Below are positions 10,201-18,398 of a stretch of 38,465 bases of DNA, one piece after another. Both the position numbers and the translations under genes were made by a program. The notes beneath the pieces were generated by a model that searched no databases, was not told where the DNA came from, and saw only the letters and a program-made list of their open reading frames with translations. The DNA is from a virus (lineage: Duplodnaviria > Caudoviricetes). The first letter of the stretch is position 1, and each line of letters starts with the position of its first letter. The DNA is taken from the IMG/VR virus record IMGVR_UViG_3300046739_000253, positions 1 to 38,465 of that record. One strand, 5' to 3'.

Positions 10201-12291
10201 GCTGCGGGGCGGCTCAAGGCGGTCACCGAGCACCTCGACACGCTCGACCCGGCGACGAAAGCCTCGGTCGTGGACGAGGTCGCGCAGGCGTTCCCGGTGC
10301 TCGACGGTTACCACAAGCCGACCGCGCACCTGACCGACCGGATGCTGGCGAAGCGTGCCGCCGATCTCTCGCCCGAGGCGCAGCAGGTCGTGGGCACGCT
10401 CCGCGCGGGGCTGGCGAAGGGCGACAAGATCGCGCCCGCCGAGATGCAGGCGCTGATCACCGGGCGCGAGTACGTCCCCGACCGCACCGTGCGCGACCTG
10501 CACCGCTCGAAAGACCCTGACGCCAAGACGCTGCCCGGTGCGCCGTTCGACGTGACCTCGCGCTCGCATGAGAACACGCGGCTGAAGGAGTACATGCAGC
10601 TAGTCAAGGAGGGGAAGGACGGGTGGGACTGGTACGAGAAGGGCGGGCGCGCGGTGATGTTCCACGCGAACGACGACCCGGCCTTCGCGCGGCAGATCTC
10701 CGAGGCGCTCGCGTTCACCTCTCCGGCGACCGAGGTGCTCGTCAACGGTGGCTTCGGCTTCAAGGGCGTGAATCAGGCGCGAGCGGGCGTGCCGATAGAG
10801 ACGGGGCGGTTCCCGGCGCGCATGAGCCGCGAGATCGGCGACGTATTCTCCGAGGTGGGCAGCGGCGCATCGGGGCTGAAGGTCAGGCCGTTTCGGGACG
10901 CGCTTGCGCGGGGTGGGGACTTCAAGGCGGGCGACACGCCGGAGCGCCCGGTCAACGACATCTGGCAGGGCGAGGCGTGGGGCTACATCAACCCCGACGG
11001 GACGCCGCTGCGGCGCGGGTTCACGGCGGAAGAGCACAAGTGGATGGACCGGATGAGCGACAAGGCGCTCGCCGCTGCGAAGAGCGACCCGGCGCTCGCG
11101 GCGCTCATCCCGAAAGACGCGGGCGAGTGGACGCTGTCGCGGCTGCAAGCCGCTGCGTGGGTCGGCGCGAAGCGGCGCGTGGCGTTGGCCGAACTGGCGG
11201 CGCGGGCAGAAAAGACCGGGCGTCCCACCACCGCCGCGCAGATCGCGAAGGCGCACATCGTGCCGAACTTCGCCGACGCCATCGAGCGCAACTACGGCCA
11301 CATGAGCCGCGAGACGGTCCCGGCGAAGCAGCGCGGCGGCGGGCACATGAAGGAACTGCACGACCCGAACTACGCCGACGCCGCGCAGTTGAAGCAAGAC
11401 CTGCACGACCTCACGCTCTCCGACAGCGGGCAGTACGACGCGCAGGGCCGCGACCAGATCCTCGCGAGCTACGGCGGGATGCCGGGCAAGGTGGTCGAGG
11501 GCGTCGGGATGTTCAAGGGCGACACCGCGCCCGGCCTGCAGCAGCCCGTCGTCACCGGCAGCGTGCTCGACGCGGCGGGCAGTCGCGCGCTCGATGAGGG
11601 GTCGCTGCGGATCATGCGCGCGACCGACGCGAGTCAGGCGCTGCTCAACCGGCAAGCGGCCACGGCGGGCGGCAAGGCGATGGAGGCCGGGTCAGGCGTG
11701 CCGCGCACCACCGCCGTGATCACGCTGGGACGCCCGCCGACGCGGGCCGAGACGCTCGACACGCATCAGCGCATCCTCGCGCACGGGGGCACTGCCGACA
11801 CGGTCGCGCAGAGCTACACCGGCAAGGAGATGGTGCTGCTGAACCTCGGCATGGACCCGAAGGCGTTCGCGAAGCTGGCGAAGGACGTGAACAAAGCGCA
11901 CGGCCAGCCGGGCGGGCTGGAGATGAAGGTCTGGTCGGGCTACTACGACACGAACAAGTGGAACCTGCACGGGTCGGAGTTCGGGCAGGGGTATCACCCA
12001 CAGATCGAGCCGCTGGCCGAGGGGATCAAGCCGGGGCTGGGGTTCGACGTGGCGATGCCGGGCCTCGCCGAGCGCAAGCTCCGCATCGACGCGGAACTGA
12101 AGCGGCGCTCGGGCGGGCGGCTCTCGCTCGACAAGAACCACGAATACCTGCTCAAGACGATGGCGAACGAAGGCTGGGCGGGGATGAAGAAGCTGTCGCG
12201 GGAGTTTGGCGTGCCGGTCACGCTGCTGGCGGCGGCGCTGCGCTTGATGGGCGCAACACCGCCGAGCGACGACACTACCGACGGCGCGTGA
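7264..12291 (+). CDS. Large internal virion / ejection protein (1675 aa) with a C-terminal DUF7178 / HhH-glycosylase-like domain
   Basis: Last and largest late gene, with G/A-rich hydrophobic segments. Motif series WY...LAFTSP...N...KV.PF...VNDIW...LQAAAWV at about 10620-11170. Confidence 0.6.
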   Translation: MAKGDISVGFGGMGPSDVRASGIPSMADSVTVPADDTSASWLDRLLESVAGPKMTEDPNYGPDSTMAQLYDKYARPMNPLNLLVGAAKEVPALAAKVPLNATRFAARFSPDPNAEQYLSGDDPESIGAKIDALTKTGALSPRDFGQSVGAAGTDIMAMVAGDEAAGLPALSEALPSAVKGLPGLAKTVDWAGTNIGKGGLYGQLLDNDAETGAVAGGIGGAAVGSGEAVLSRAAPFLESAAEKSLGRVIAPGKEAWKKFVGKNAQDIIRDVPLSAAAPWREGGGLQGIVDYAQQQADNIGVSLDAAYAQRLQPDIAPKLKGIRDQIRSTADNLLQAHGMAVVNLAPESKQALEEIRASLATGRGALNPKDTNISVLQDAASRLQEVTNGLGSEMAQVGTASPRAFQGQLIQRGIARGAQSTAEQGIARAMGDIDNVISGDLVGTRMATEPLARRIDKLRMNFGDTNAAGEFVSTDPAFSSSIEKLAATVRSYGPEMNAQQLRNLAQDWGKIVSGANGRGFLSPMADESMKGAMRAARGEVETTRDALMGTKVRDQSNELAFWKRLSEAAESTAERRVGHMGGGLFGSMATLAGVGGGEYAAHAAGHGLVGSLGLGAGGAAAAAVTVRVMRSPIYNLLSAKTKLAMASALRKGTNAALGTAMRRALLELSLLNHGGLSALGHTDLTATEADAEHHNIINGRDVTPGVLESANPDTVYGAGGSVDPGIEHNQRLLQQQDQIDQSIEEAAPPLDPQTESRVYDKLANTQVASAGLSRLPEWLQTQLVNAPDLGATHPHLQKLANLIAEQTSPLNLAFLGDEALRPLAAGTKLAGASEMVGKGLAAAMAAAGLQTGLEGVQEGRPGKVIGGGVQTALGALGLRGGGVAGAAEEAAAALTPAARRAGGFATRVGQGLAGAGKAAVIGPAIGLASTALADTDLAKSLIPDDETRNAVFNAAGMGAGVVGLGMAAGKGMKGLREEAAAGRLKAVTEHLDTLDPATKASVVDEVAQAFPVLDGYHKPTAHLTDRMLAKRAADLSPEAQQVVGTLRAGLAKGDKIAPAEMQALITGREYVPDRTVRDLHRSKDPDAKTLPGAPFDVTSRSHENTRLKEYMQLVKEGKDGWDWYEKGGRAVMFHANDDPAFARQISEALAFTSPATEVLVNGGFGFKGVNQARAGVPIETGRFPARMSREIGDVFSEVGSGASGLKVRPFRDALARGGDFKAGDTPERPVNDIWQGEAWGYINPDGTPLRRGFTAEEHKWMDRMSDKALAAAKSDPALAALIPKDAGEWTLSRLQAAAWVGAKRRVALAELAARAEKTGRPTTAAQIAKAHIVPNFADAIERNYGHMSRETVPAKQRGGGHMKELHDPNYADAAQLKQDLHDLTLSDSGQYDAQGRDQILASYGGMPGKVVEGVGMFKGDTAPGLQQPVVTGSVLDAAGSRALDEGSLRIMRATDASQALLNRQAATAGGKAMEAGSGVPRTTAVITLGRPPTRAETLDTHQRILAHGGTADTVAQSYTGKEMVLLNLGMDPKAFAKLAKDVNKAHGQPGGLEMKVWSGYYDTNKWNLHGSEFGQGYHPQIEPLAEGIKPGLGFDVAMPGLAERKLRIDAELKRRSGGRLSLDKNHEYLLKTMANEGWAGMKKLSREFGVPVTLLAAALRLMGATPPSDDTTDGA

Positions 12292-12511
12292 GGGCGCGCA
12301 CGCGCTGTCGCAGCACGCGCAGCAGGGTCTTCTGAAGCGCGGCTCGCGCCAGCCGTGCGCCGGTCGCGGCGGGCGTTTCGTGCCGGGCGCGCAGGTCGAG
12401 TCGCCAGCGCCGCAGCGCCGCCTCCGGTATCGGCGGGGCCGGGCGCACGGGCACCCCGGCTTGTGCGCTGTTGATCGCGGCGAACACGTCAGCCGGTGTC
12501 GGCTTCGTCAT
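12275..12511 (-). CDS. Hypothetical early protein
   Basis: Coupled (ATGA) to the upstream gene. Overlaps the end of the convergent 1675-aa gene by 17 nt. Confidence 0.55.
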   Translation of the reverse strand: MTKPTPADVFAAINSAQAGVPVRPAPPIPEAALRRWRLDLRARHETPAATGARLARAALQKTLLRVLRQRVRALTRRR

Positions 12512-12972
12512 CGCGTCACCTCGTCAGGCGTCAGCCGCTGCCGCGCCGCTGCCGTGTCCCGCATCGCCACGCGCACCTCGTCGCCATCGCCGTCGGCCAG
12601 CATGAAGAGCAGGTCGGCGAGCGTGCCCTTGTCGAGCCGCAGCAGCGAGGTCAGCAGCGGCTCGGGACAGATCAGCGCCGTGCTCGGCGGGCGTCCTTTC
12701 GACAGCGTGCCGTTGTGCGCCGACGCCGCCGCGCGAGCGGGCGAGGTGCGCGAGCCGAGCGCGACCGCCGGGTTCGGGTCGTCCCATTCCACGACGTAGC
12801 CTGCCTCGCGCAGCGTGCGGGCGAGCTTGCGCCGGTCGCCGATCACTTCGGCGGTGCGCGTCGAGGTCGCGGGGTTGTAGCGGACCTGATGCACCTCCGG
12901 GGGCAGGCGCACGGTGGTGCGCTGCTCCCGGTAGTCGGTGCCGTTGGTCTGGATCGTCACGTCGATGGTCAT
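12508..12972 (-). CDS. Hypothetical early protein
   Basis: 154-aa ORF tightly packed in the leftward operon. Confidence 0.65.
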   Translation of the reverse strand: MTIDVTIQTNGTDYREQRTTVRLPPEVHQVRYNPATSTRTAEVIGDRRKLARTLREAGYVVEWDDPNPAVALGSRTSPARAAASAHNGTLSKGRPPSTALICPEPLLTSLLRLDKGTLADLLFMLADGDGDEVRVAMRDTAAARQRLTPDEVTR

Positions 12973-12975
12973 GGG

Positions 12976-13164
12976 CTAGTTCCTCTTCTGTTTCCAATGC
13001 CGCTTGGCGCACGTTCGGCAGACCGACGACGTGGTCAGGCTGGCAGCGTCCGGTGGGAACTTCCAGCGCACGCTGGCGAGGTCGCGCCCGCAGAGGACGC
13101 GCTCGCCCTGCGCGGTGGGGCGCTTGAAGTCGTAGTAGTGCATCAACGTCGGGTAGTTCCTCAC
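12976..13164 (-). CDS. Small Zn-binding hypothetical protein
   Basis: H...LCG...CRTC pattern. GTG start overlaps the previous stop, with a CAGGAG RBS. Confidence 0.6.
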   Translation of the reverse strand: MRNYPTLMHYYDFKRPTAQGERVLCGRDLASVRWKFPPDAASLTTSSVCRTCAKRHWKQKRN

Positions 13165-13445
13165 GTCGGGTTCTCCTGCTTCTGCACCCAGCCGCTGCCG
13201 AGCGCGTGTCGCTCCGGCGCGCCGACGGGGCCGACGATGGTGAAGGTCACGCCGCGCACGGGCGGGTCGCCCAGCAGCGTCAGCGTGCGGTCGTGGCGCA
13301 TCGCGCTCGTCGTCGGCATCGACAGCGAGTGCGCCTCGGTGCAGACCTGCTGGCAGAACATCGCGGTGCGCGTCTCCCAGTCGAGGTGATACTCCTGCGC
13401 GTAGCTGTAGCCGCTCACGCGAGCGATGCTCTTAGGGTCGCGCAT
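13161..13445 (-). CDS. Hypothetical early protein (MRDPKSIARV...)
   Basis: True start inferred at 13445 behind a GGGAGGG RBS. The longer ORF in the track is an upstream shadow. Confidence 0.6.
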   Translation of the reverse strand: MRDPKSIARVSGYSYAQEYHLDWETRTAMFCQQVCTEAHSLSMPTTSAMRHDRTLTLLGDPPVRGVTFTIVGPVGAPERHALGSGWVQKQENPT

Positions 13446-13447
13446 GA

Positions 13448-13519
13448 TCAGTTCCCTCCCGCGCAGCAGAGGCCGCAGAGGATGCCGAAGCCGATGACGA
13501 AGAGGATGGTGGCGATCAC
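13448..13519 (-). CDS. 23-aa single-pass membrane peptide (VIATILFVIGFGILCGLCCAGGN)
   Basis: GTGA overlap with the upstream stop. Hydrophobic. Fills the operon gap exactly. Confidence 0.45.
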   Translation of the reverse strand: MIATILFVIGFGILCGLCCAGGN

Positions 13520-13749
13520 TTGCCACCGCCTTCCGTCGCGCCGCCGCTGACGGTCTGGATGATCTTCCGCGCCTCCTGCAGATGCGTGAGCGCCGCCTGC
13601 AGCGCCTGCGTGGGCGCGTGGGCGACGGCGCGTTCCCAGCGGTAGTGGCGAATCTCCAGCCCGGCGCTGACCTCGTCGTTGATCGCGCGGATGATCGCGA
13701 TCCGCTCCAGCTGCTCCTGCGTGCGTCCCGTGATCGTCTTCTTCGGCAT
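13516..13749 (-). CDS. Hypothetical early protein (MPKKTITGRT...)
   Basis: ATG lies 8 nt after CACTGGAG, which follows a cUUCGg hairpin. Confidence 0.75.
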   Translation of the reverse strand: MPKKTITGRTQEQLERIAIIRAINDEVSAGLEIRHYRWERAVAHAPTQALQAALTHLQEARKIIQTVSGGATEGGGK

Positions 13750-13798
13750 GGTCGTGTCTCCAGTGAAGGGCGGGGGCCGAAGCCCCCACCCGGATGAA

Positions 13799-14239
13799 CT
13801 ACTTGCTGCGCTTCTCGCGCCGCGCACGTCGGGCTGCGGCCTTCGCCGCTCGCGCGACCCGCGCCTTCTCGCGGACCTTCGGGTCGAGCAGCGGGTTCGG
13901 GCGCGTCGGCGCGTCCTGCTGCGCCTCGGCCAGCCGCTGGCCCTGCTTGCGCTTCGCGAGGTAGGCCACGGCGTCGCGCTGCCGGGCGATGACCTCGGTG
14001 ACGTGCGGCGGGAACACGATCCGCGTCGTGCGGTTCTTCGCGACGTGCTCCACGAAGAGGTAGTCGCCCTTGTCGAACCGCACGGTCTGGATGATGAACG
14101 TCTCGCTCGACACGATGTCGGTCGAGCGCACGGTCGCCGGGCGGGTCTGCGCCGCCTCCGGCAGCTTGTGCAGTTGCCCAAGCTGGTGGTCGAAGTTGTC
14201 TTGCCCTGAGTCGCCTGCCGGTCGGAGTGCTTTGGTCAT
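13799..14239 (-). CDS. Hypothetical early protein with a basic C-terminus
   Basis: CACTGGAG RBS with an upstream hairpin. K/R-rich tail. Confidence 0.75.
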   Translation of the reverse strand: MTKALRPAGDSGQDNFDHQLGQLHKLPEAAQTRPATVRSTDIVSSETFIIQTVRFDKGDYLFVEHVAKNRTTRIVFPPHVTEVIARQRDAVAYLAKRKQGQRLAEAQQDAPTRPNPLLDPKVREKARVARAAKAAARRARREKRSK

Positions 14240-14293
14240 CGTCGTCTCTCCAGTGGGGCGCGAGCACCATGCCCGCGCCCAGTCGTCCGTCGT

Positions 14294-15040
14294 CTACAGT
14301 CGGTCGTCGGCGGCAAGCTCCACCACCACGCGCCCGTCGTGGCGCGCCTCGCGCGGCGTGAAGCCGGGCTGCGCGTCATACGCGGCCTCGGCGACCTTCA
14401 CCCACGCGGCGACCTTGTCGGCGACCGGGGCCACGTTGACCACCGGCACGACCTTGGCGCTGCCCTTGGCCTTGTGCGGCAGGCCGTAGCGGCTCGCGCA
14501 CACCGGGCCGTAGCCGACCTCGACGCTGCCCTCGTCCGTCAGGCCGAGGCCGCAGAACGAGCAGCGGCCCGTCAGCGCGCCGTAGGCGGCACCAGCCGCC
14601 GCCGGGTCGGCCTCGATGGCCTGCAGCGTCGGCAGCAGGGCGTCCACGCCGTAGGCCGCGCCCTCGCGCGTCACCTTGCCCACGTACTCGCCGTTGAGCT
14701 TGACGTAGACGCTGCCGGGGTTGCGCGAGTCGTCGCCCGCCAGCGAGAGCAGAAGCTCGCCGTTGCCGGGGGCCGCGAAGCGCGTCTTGGGGAACTTGAG
14801 GCCGCGCTCACGCGCCGCCTTCAGGAAGGCCACCAGCCCGCTCAGGCTGACGACCGGGCGCGGGGCCGGGGCGACCGCAGACGCTGCCACCGCGACGGCG
14901 GCGAGCGCCTGCGCGGCTTGGCAGTCGCTCAGGTTGGCGTGCTTGGAGCCAGCGCCGCGTGCCCAGATGATGCTCTGGCCGGGGGTGATGGCTGACTTGC
15001 AGATGGTGCAGGTTCCGGCGAACTTCGCAGTGATGGTCAT
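14294..15040 (-). CDS. DUF6011-like Zn-finger protein
   Basis: N-terminal CTIC...H motif and YGALTGRCSFCGLGLTDEGSVEVGYGPVCA (CxxC-x3-LTD-x2-S-x3-G-x-GPxC). Start at 15040 behind CACTGGAG. Confidence 0.75.
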   Translation of the reverse strand: MTITAKFAGTCTICKSAITPGQSIIWARGAGSKHANLSDCQAAQALAAVAVAASAVAPAPRPVVSLSGLVAFLKAARERGLKFPKTRFAAPGNGELLLSLAGDDSRNPGSVYVKLNGEYVGKVTREGAAYGVDALLPTLQAIEADPAAAGAAYGALTGRCSFCGLGLTDEGSVEVGYGPVCASRYGLPHKAKGSAKVVPVVNVAPVADKVAAWVKVAEAAYDAQPGFTPREARHDGRVVVELAADDRL

Positions 15041-15087
15041 TGTCGTCTCCAGTGTCTCGGGGCGACCCAGCGCCGCCCCACCCAATG

Positions 15088-15117
15088 ATTAGACACCCAG
15101 CGGTAGGTTGCTGTCAA
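15088..15117 (-). promoter_or_regulatory. Sigma70-type leftward promoter PL3
   Basis: TTGACA-18 nt-TCTAAT, followed by a hairpin and the CACTGGAG RBS. Confidence 0.6.
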
Positions 15118-15146
15118 GCCCCCGTCAAACCTTGGGCTTTTCGGCC

Positions 15147-15497
15147 CTACGCCCGCCTCCCGCTCAGGACGCCGACGGCCTCGGAGGCCGCGCGTTCGAT
15201 GATGGCGGCGACGTAGCCCCGGCGCTCGCCGCACGCCTTCTCCGTCTCGCGGCGCAGCACGTCGGCCTTGTCGCGGGCGAGGTCGGTGATGACGGTCGCG
15301 GCCTCCTTCGCGTCGGCGACGATCTGCGCGGCCACCCGGTGGGCCGTGCTCGGCAGCATCGGCGACGGCAGGATGTCCGTCGCGATGTCGCGGACGATGG
15401 CGTCGCGCTGGTCGGCCAGCCACGGGCCGAGGTAGGTGTGCGGGCCGAGCTTCGCGATGAACGCGTCGAGGGCGGCGACTTCTAGGTCTTTGGTCAT
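15147..15497 (-). CDS. Hypothetical early protein, helical
   Basis: CACTGGAGACACGACC-ATG leader. Confidence 0.75.
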   Translation of the reverse strand: MTKDLEVAALDAFIAKLGPHTYLGPWLADQRDAIVRDIATDILPSPMLPSTAHRVAAQIVADAKEAATVITDLARDKADVLRRETEKACGERRGYVAAIIERAASEAVGVLSGRRA

Positions 15498-15521
15498 GGT
15501 CGTGTCTCCAGTGGTCGAGGG
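15495..15521 (-). repeat. 27-bp direct repeat, copy 1 (CCCTCGACCACTGGAGACACGACCATG); copy 2 at 15922-15948
   Basis: Exact match read from the sequence. The copies flank gene 15523-15924. Confidence 0.9.
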
Positions 15522-15522
15522 G

Positions 15523-15924
15523 TTAGAAACCGTTGCCGACGGGGAAGCCGAAGTGCGCCTTCAGCTTCGCGATCAGGTGCGACTCGGAGGTCGCGCCGAG
15601 CACCGCGCCGTCGCGGATGAGGACGCAGACGTTCGTCTCCAGTTGGCGCTCGCCCATGTAGGTCGAGGTGACGTAGAGGTCAAGCTCGGCGCAGCCCGGC
15701 GCGGCGGCGTGCGCGTCGATGGCCTTGATGGCGCGCAGCGCGACGAAGTCGCCGAGGTCGCTGTCGTCGGTCCAGTTCAGCGCGTTCGGCAGGTTCGCGC
15801 CGTCGCCGTTCGGCGAGCAGTCGCGCAGGCCGACCTCCGCGCAGGGCGCGAAGCCGCTGGTGTTCGCGCGGACGGCGGCGTTGATCGCCTTCCGCAGGGC
15901 CGGGGTGACGGGGATGCTGTTCAT
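15523..15924 (-). CDS. Hypothetical early protein
   Basis: Leader identical to that of the downstream gene. Confidence 0.75.
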   Translation of the reverse strand: MNSIPVTPALRKAINAAVRANTSGFAPCAEVGLRDCSPNGDGANLPNALNWTDDSDLGDFVALRAIKAIDAHAAAPGCAELDLYVTSTYMGERQLETNVCVLIRDGAVLGATSESHLIAKLKAHFGFPVGNGF

Positions 15925-15948
15925 GGTCGTGTCTCCAGTGGTCGAGGG

Positions 15949-16068
15949 TCAGAAGCTCTGCAGCCACGCGATCAGCGCGTCGGCGTGTGGCCTCGCCTGC
16001 TCGGGCTTGCCGCAGGCGAGGAAGGCGAACACCTTCGCGAGGTGGGTCGAGGCGGTCTGGCGGTCCAT
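15949..16068 (-). CDS. 39-aa early peptide MDRQTASTHLAKVFAFLACGKPEQARPHADALIAWLQSF (absent from the ORF track)
   Basis: Translated by hand. Has its own cUUCGg hairpin and CACTGGAG RBS. Its stop abuts the next repeat. Confidence 0.7.
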   Translation of the reverse strand: MDRQTASTHLAKVFAFLACGKPEQARPHADALIAWLQSF

Positions 16069-16074
16069 GTCAGT

Positions 16075-16113
16075 GTCTCCAGTGAGGCCGGGGGCCGAAG
16101 CCCCCGGCGGGTG
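16075..16113 (-). repeat. Hairpin-RBS repeat CACCCGCCGGGGGCTTCGGCCCCCGGCCT(T)CACTGGAGAC; near-identical copy at 18354-18393 and a variant at 13756-13790
   Basis: 9-bp stem with a cUUCGg tetraloop on the minus strand (6-bp stem in the variant), directly before the RBS. Confidence 0.9.
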
Positions 16114-16114
16114 G

Positions 16115-16495
16115 TCAGTCGTTGCGTCCGTTGGCGTCGCCGCGCCACGCCCCGGCGAGCTTCAGCGGCTCGGCGGCGAGGCCGAAGTGGTCAACCGGGT
16201 AGACGCCGACGCAGCGTGCGGCCTGCCAGACATAGCCCTCGGCGTTCTTGCGAGCGCCCGCCTCGGTGCGCGACCAGACGATGTGGTAGCGGACGCGCTG
16301 CGTGCCGGGGTGCGTCTTGCCTTGGTACTCGTAGGTTTCCGAGAGGGCCGGGTCGCCGATGCGGTTGCCCGTGACGCGTAGCCCGGCTTCCGGGTTCACG
16401 GCGGCTTCGGCGACGGCGGCGAAGCCGTAGGCGGTGCCTGACTTGCGGGTGAAGTTGCCGAAGGGGGTGTTGATGACGTTCGTGAGCTTTGCCAT
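16115..16495 (-). CDS. Hypothetical early protein (MAKLTNVINTPFG...)
   Basis: First gene after PL2. ATG lies 8 nt after CACTGGAG. Confidence 0.75.
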   Translation of the reverse strand: MAKLTNVINTPFGNFTRKSGTAYGFAAVAEAAVNPEAGLRVTGNRIGDPALSETYEYQGKTHPGTQRVRYHIVWSRTEAGARKNAEGYVWQAARCVGVYPVDHFGLAAEPLKLAGAWRGDANGRND

Positions 16496-16511
16496 TGGTC
16501 GTTCTCCAGTG

Positions 16512-16544
16512 TCTGGTGGGGCGACCCAACGCCGCCCCACCAGA
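16512..16544 (-). repeat. Leader hairpin GGGGCGGC-G(C/T)TGG-GTCGCCCC; second copy at 15059-15079
   Basis: 14-bp stem here and 8-bp stem at 15059. Both lie between a promoter and CACTGGAG. Confidence 0.85.
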
Positions 16545-16546
16545 AG

Positions 16547-16576
16547 AGTATGCGCCCAAACCTAGCGGACTGTCAA
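16547..16576 (-). promoter_or_regulatory. Sigma70-type leftward promoter PL2
   Basis: TTGACA-18 nt-CATACT. Confidence 0.65.
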
Positions 16577-16581
16577 CCCCC

Positions 16582-17523
16582 TCATATTCCCTCGAAAACT
16601 GCCATCAGCTTGTCTCGCAGCGCCTGACGACTGCCGCGCAGGGCGGCGTTCTGGGCGCTCAGGCCGACCAGTTGCTCGCGGGCCAGCCCGAGAACCGCCA
16701 CGGCGTCGTCCAGCATCCGCAGCAGTTCGGTGAGCGAGGTGTCCACTGCCGCCTCGGTCGTCGCCCCAGCGGCCACCAGCGCGGCCACAGAGGGCTTCTG
16801 GGGCAGGTCGGCGGCGACCGCCTCCAGCGCCGCCTGCGCCCCCGGCGTGACCGTCAGGGTCGGCACGTTGGCCGGGTCGAGGCGCATCGACAGCAGGTCG
16901 GGCACGTCAGGCGGCACCGGGGTGTGCTTGAGGCGCTCCTCCTCCAGCGCCCGCTCGATGCCCCGGCGCACGACGCTGACGGTGGACTGCACCGACACCA
17001 GCGTCGTCGTAAACCCGTGCGTGTAGGCCGACCGCAGCAGGCGCTCGGCCTCGGCCTTCTGGTGGCCGTGGTCGCTGCCGTAGACGTAGTTGCGCTCGAT
17101 GAAGCTGAACAGCGACCCGGTCCACTTCTCGCTCGGGGCGTCGGGGTGCTTCGGCGTCTCCAGTGTCTTCGGTTGCAGCGGCTGCAGCAGGCGGCGCACC
17201 TCGCCGGTCCCGAGCAGCGCCGGGTGGACGAAGGTCTGCGTCCCCTTCGCGAGGTCGCAGACGCGGCGGTGCTGTCGGTGGCCGATCCACTTGAAGAACA
17301 GCACGACGCCGATGTCGCCGCGCAGGTTCGCGGCCTTGTCGATCTCCGGCCCCTCTGAGGGCCAGAGGCAGATGCGCGGGTCGTCGGCGACCCACTGCGG
17401 CAGGTTGCCAGCCTTTGTCCCAACGATCAGGATCCGCCGTTGGTTTGCGACCGCGTCGAGGATGGCATTGGCGACGGGTTCACCGGGTGGTAGCAGGTCA
17501 CGAAGTGGCGTTGACATGGTCAT
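16582..17523 (-). CDS. DUF2325-like N-terminal domain plus C-terminal coiled coil
   Basis: RILIVG...VVLFFKWIGH......DLAK...G resembles DUF2325. AAGGAG RBS before the ATG at 17523. Confidence 0.55.
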   Translation of the reverse strand: MTMSTPLRDLLPPGEPVANAILDAVANQRRILIVGTKAGNLPQWVADDPRICLWPSEGPEIDKAANLRGDIGVVLFFKWIGHRQHRRVCDLAKGTQTFVHPALLGTGEVRRLLQPLQPKTLETPKHPDAPSEKWTGSLFSFIERNYVYGSDHGHQKAEAERLLRSAYTHGFTTTLVSVQSTVSVVRRGIERALEEERLKHTPVPPDVPDLLSMRLDPANVPTLTVTPGAQAALEAVAADLPQKPSVAALVAAGATTEAAVDTSLTELLRMLDDAVAVLGLAREQLVGLSAQNAALRGSRQALRDKLMAVFEGI

Positions 17524-17858
17524 GCTCCTTTTCGAGCGTATCGAGCGCGTTTCCGAGCCGCCCGGCAGACGAGGCAGGCTTGATGCCCGCTGCCGAGTAG
17601 AACGTAGGCGTGCCCCTTCGGGCAGTGTGTGTGTCGAGGCTTGTGGTGCCGCCCGTGGGCAGCGCCAGACATCAGGGCGAGGTGGTTCGGGTTGATGCAC
17701 GCGCGGACGCCACAGCGGTGGTGGACGCACTGCCCCGGCGGGATCGGCCCGACGAACACCTCGTAGGCGAGGCGATGCACCCGCCAGAGACGACCGGCGT
17801 GCTTCACCACGCCGTAGCCGTCAGGGCGGCGAGTGCCGGTCCAGAGCCAGCACTTCAC
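17520..17858 (-). CDS. HNH endonuclease
   Basis: CWLWTG...GYG...VHRLAYE...GPIP...VHHRCGVRACINPNHL, plus a THCPKGH...CLVC tail. Confidence 0.9.
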   Translation of the reverse strand: MKCWLWTGTRRPDGYGVVKHAGRLWRVHRLAYEVFVGPIPPGQCVHHRCGVRACINPNHLALMSGAAHGRHHKPRHTHCPKGHAYVLLGSGHQACLVCRAARKRARYARKGA

Positions 17859-18349
17859 AGTGCATCCTCCTGCGCGACCGCCGCGAGGGCGGGGAGCGCG
17901 GCCCGCACGCGCTGCTGGACCGCTGCGATGCGGGCAGCGGCCTCGGCAGGCGACGGCAGGGGCTTGCCCGAGACGAGGCTGACGGCGGCGCTGGGGGGCG
18001 TAGGACGGGTCGGGGGCACCGGGCGGGGCACACGCGCGCCGCCGGGCAGGTTCGTGCTCTGGCGGGCCGCAGGAGCCGCCGGAGGGGCCGTCTCAGCGAC
18101 GACCGGCTGCGCGAGCGCCTGCGCCAGTTGGTGCCGCACGGCGTGCCACCGGGCGCGCACGGCGTCGGCGACATCCGGGGCGGTCACGGCGACCAGCGAG
18201 AAGTGGAGGGCCGACGCCTGCTGCTCGCGGTCGAGCAGGCCGACGGGGACGCCCTCGGTGACGAGGTAGCAGAACGCGCGGAGGCCGAACGCCTCGGCGG
18301 TTTCGCCGGGCTGCTGCCGGGCGAGGACGGGGATGCGGGGGAAGCTCAT
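17855..18349 (-). CDS. Hypothetical early protein with a Pro/Ala-rich linker
   Basis: Hairpin plus CACTGGAG leader. Confidence 0.7.
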   Translation of the reverse strand: MSFPRIPVLARQQPGETAEAFGLRAFCYLVTEGVPVGLLDREQQASALHFSLVAVTAPDVADAVRARWHAVRHQLAQALAQPVVAETAPPAAPAARQSTNLPGGARVPRPVPPTRPTPPSAAVSLVSGKPLPSPAEAAARIAAVQQRVRAALPALAAVAQEDAL

Positions 18350-18398
18350 GGTCGTCTCCAGTGAAGGCCGGGGGCCGAAGCCCCCGGCGGGTGAGGTG

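Noticed and set aside
7264-12291. Giant protein as an N4-like virion RNA polymerase using hairpin promoters
   Set aside because: No T7-type or DxDGD polymerase motifs were recognised. The hairpins have RNA-type G-U pairs and lie downstream of ordinary sigma70 promoters.
17158-17165. Internal CACTGGAG copies (17158 on the minus strand, 6386 on the plus strand)
   Set aside because: They lie inside coding sequence (x-Leu-Glu codons) with no start codon at the proper distance, so they are not counted as leaders.
13772-18388. cUUCGg hairpins as intrinsic terminators
   Set aside because: No U-tract follows on either strand, and they sit immediately before an RBS inside operons.
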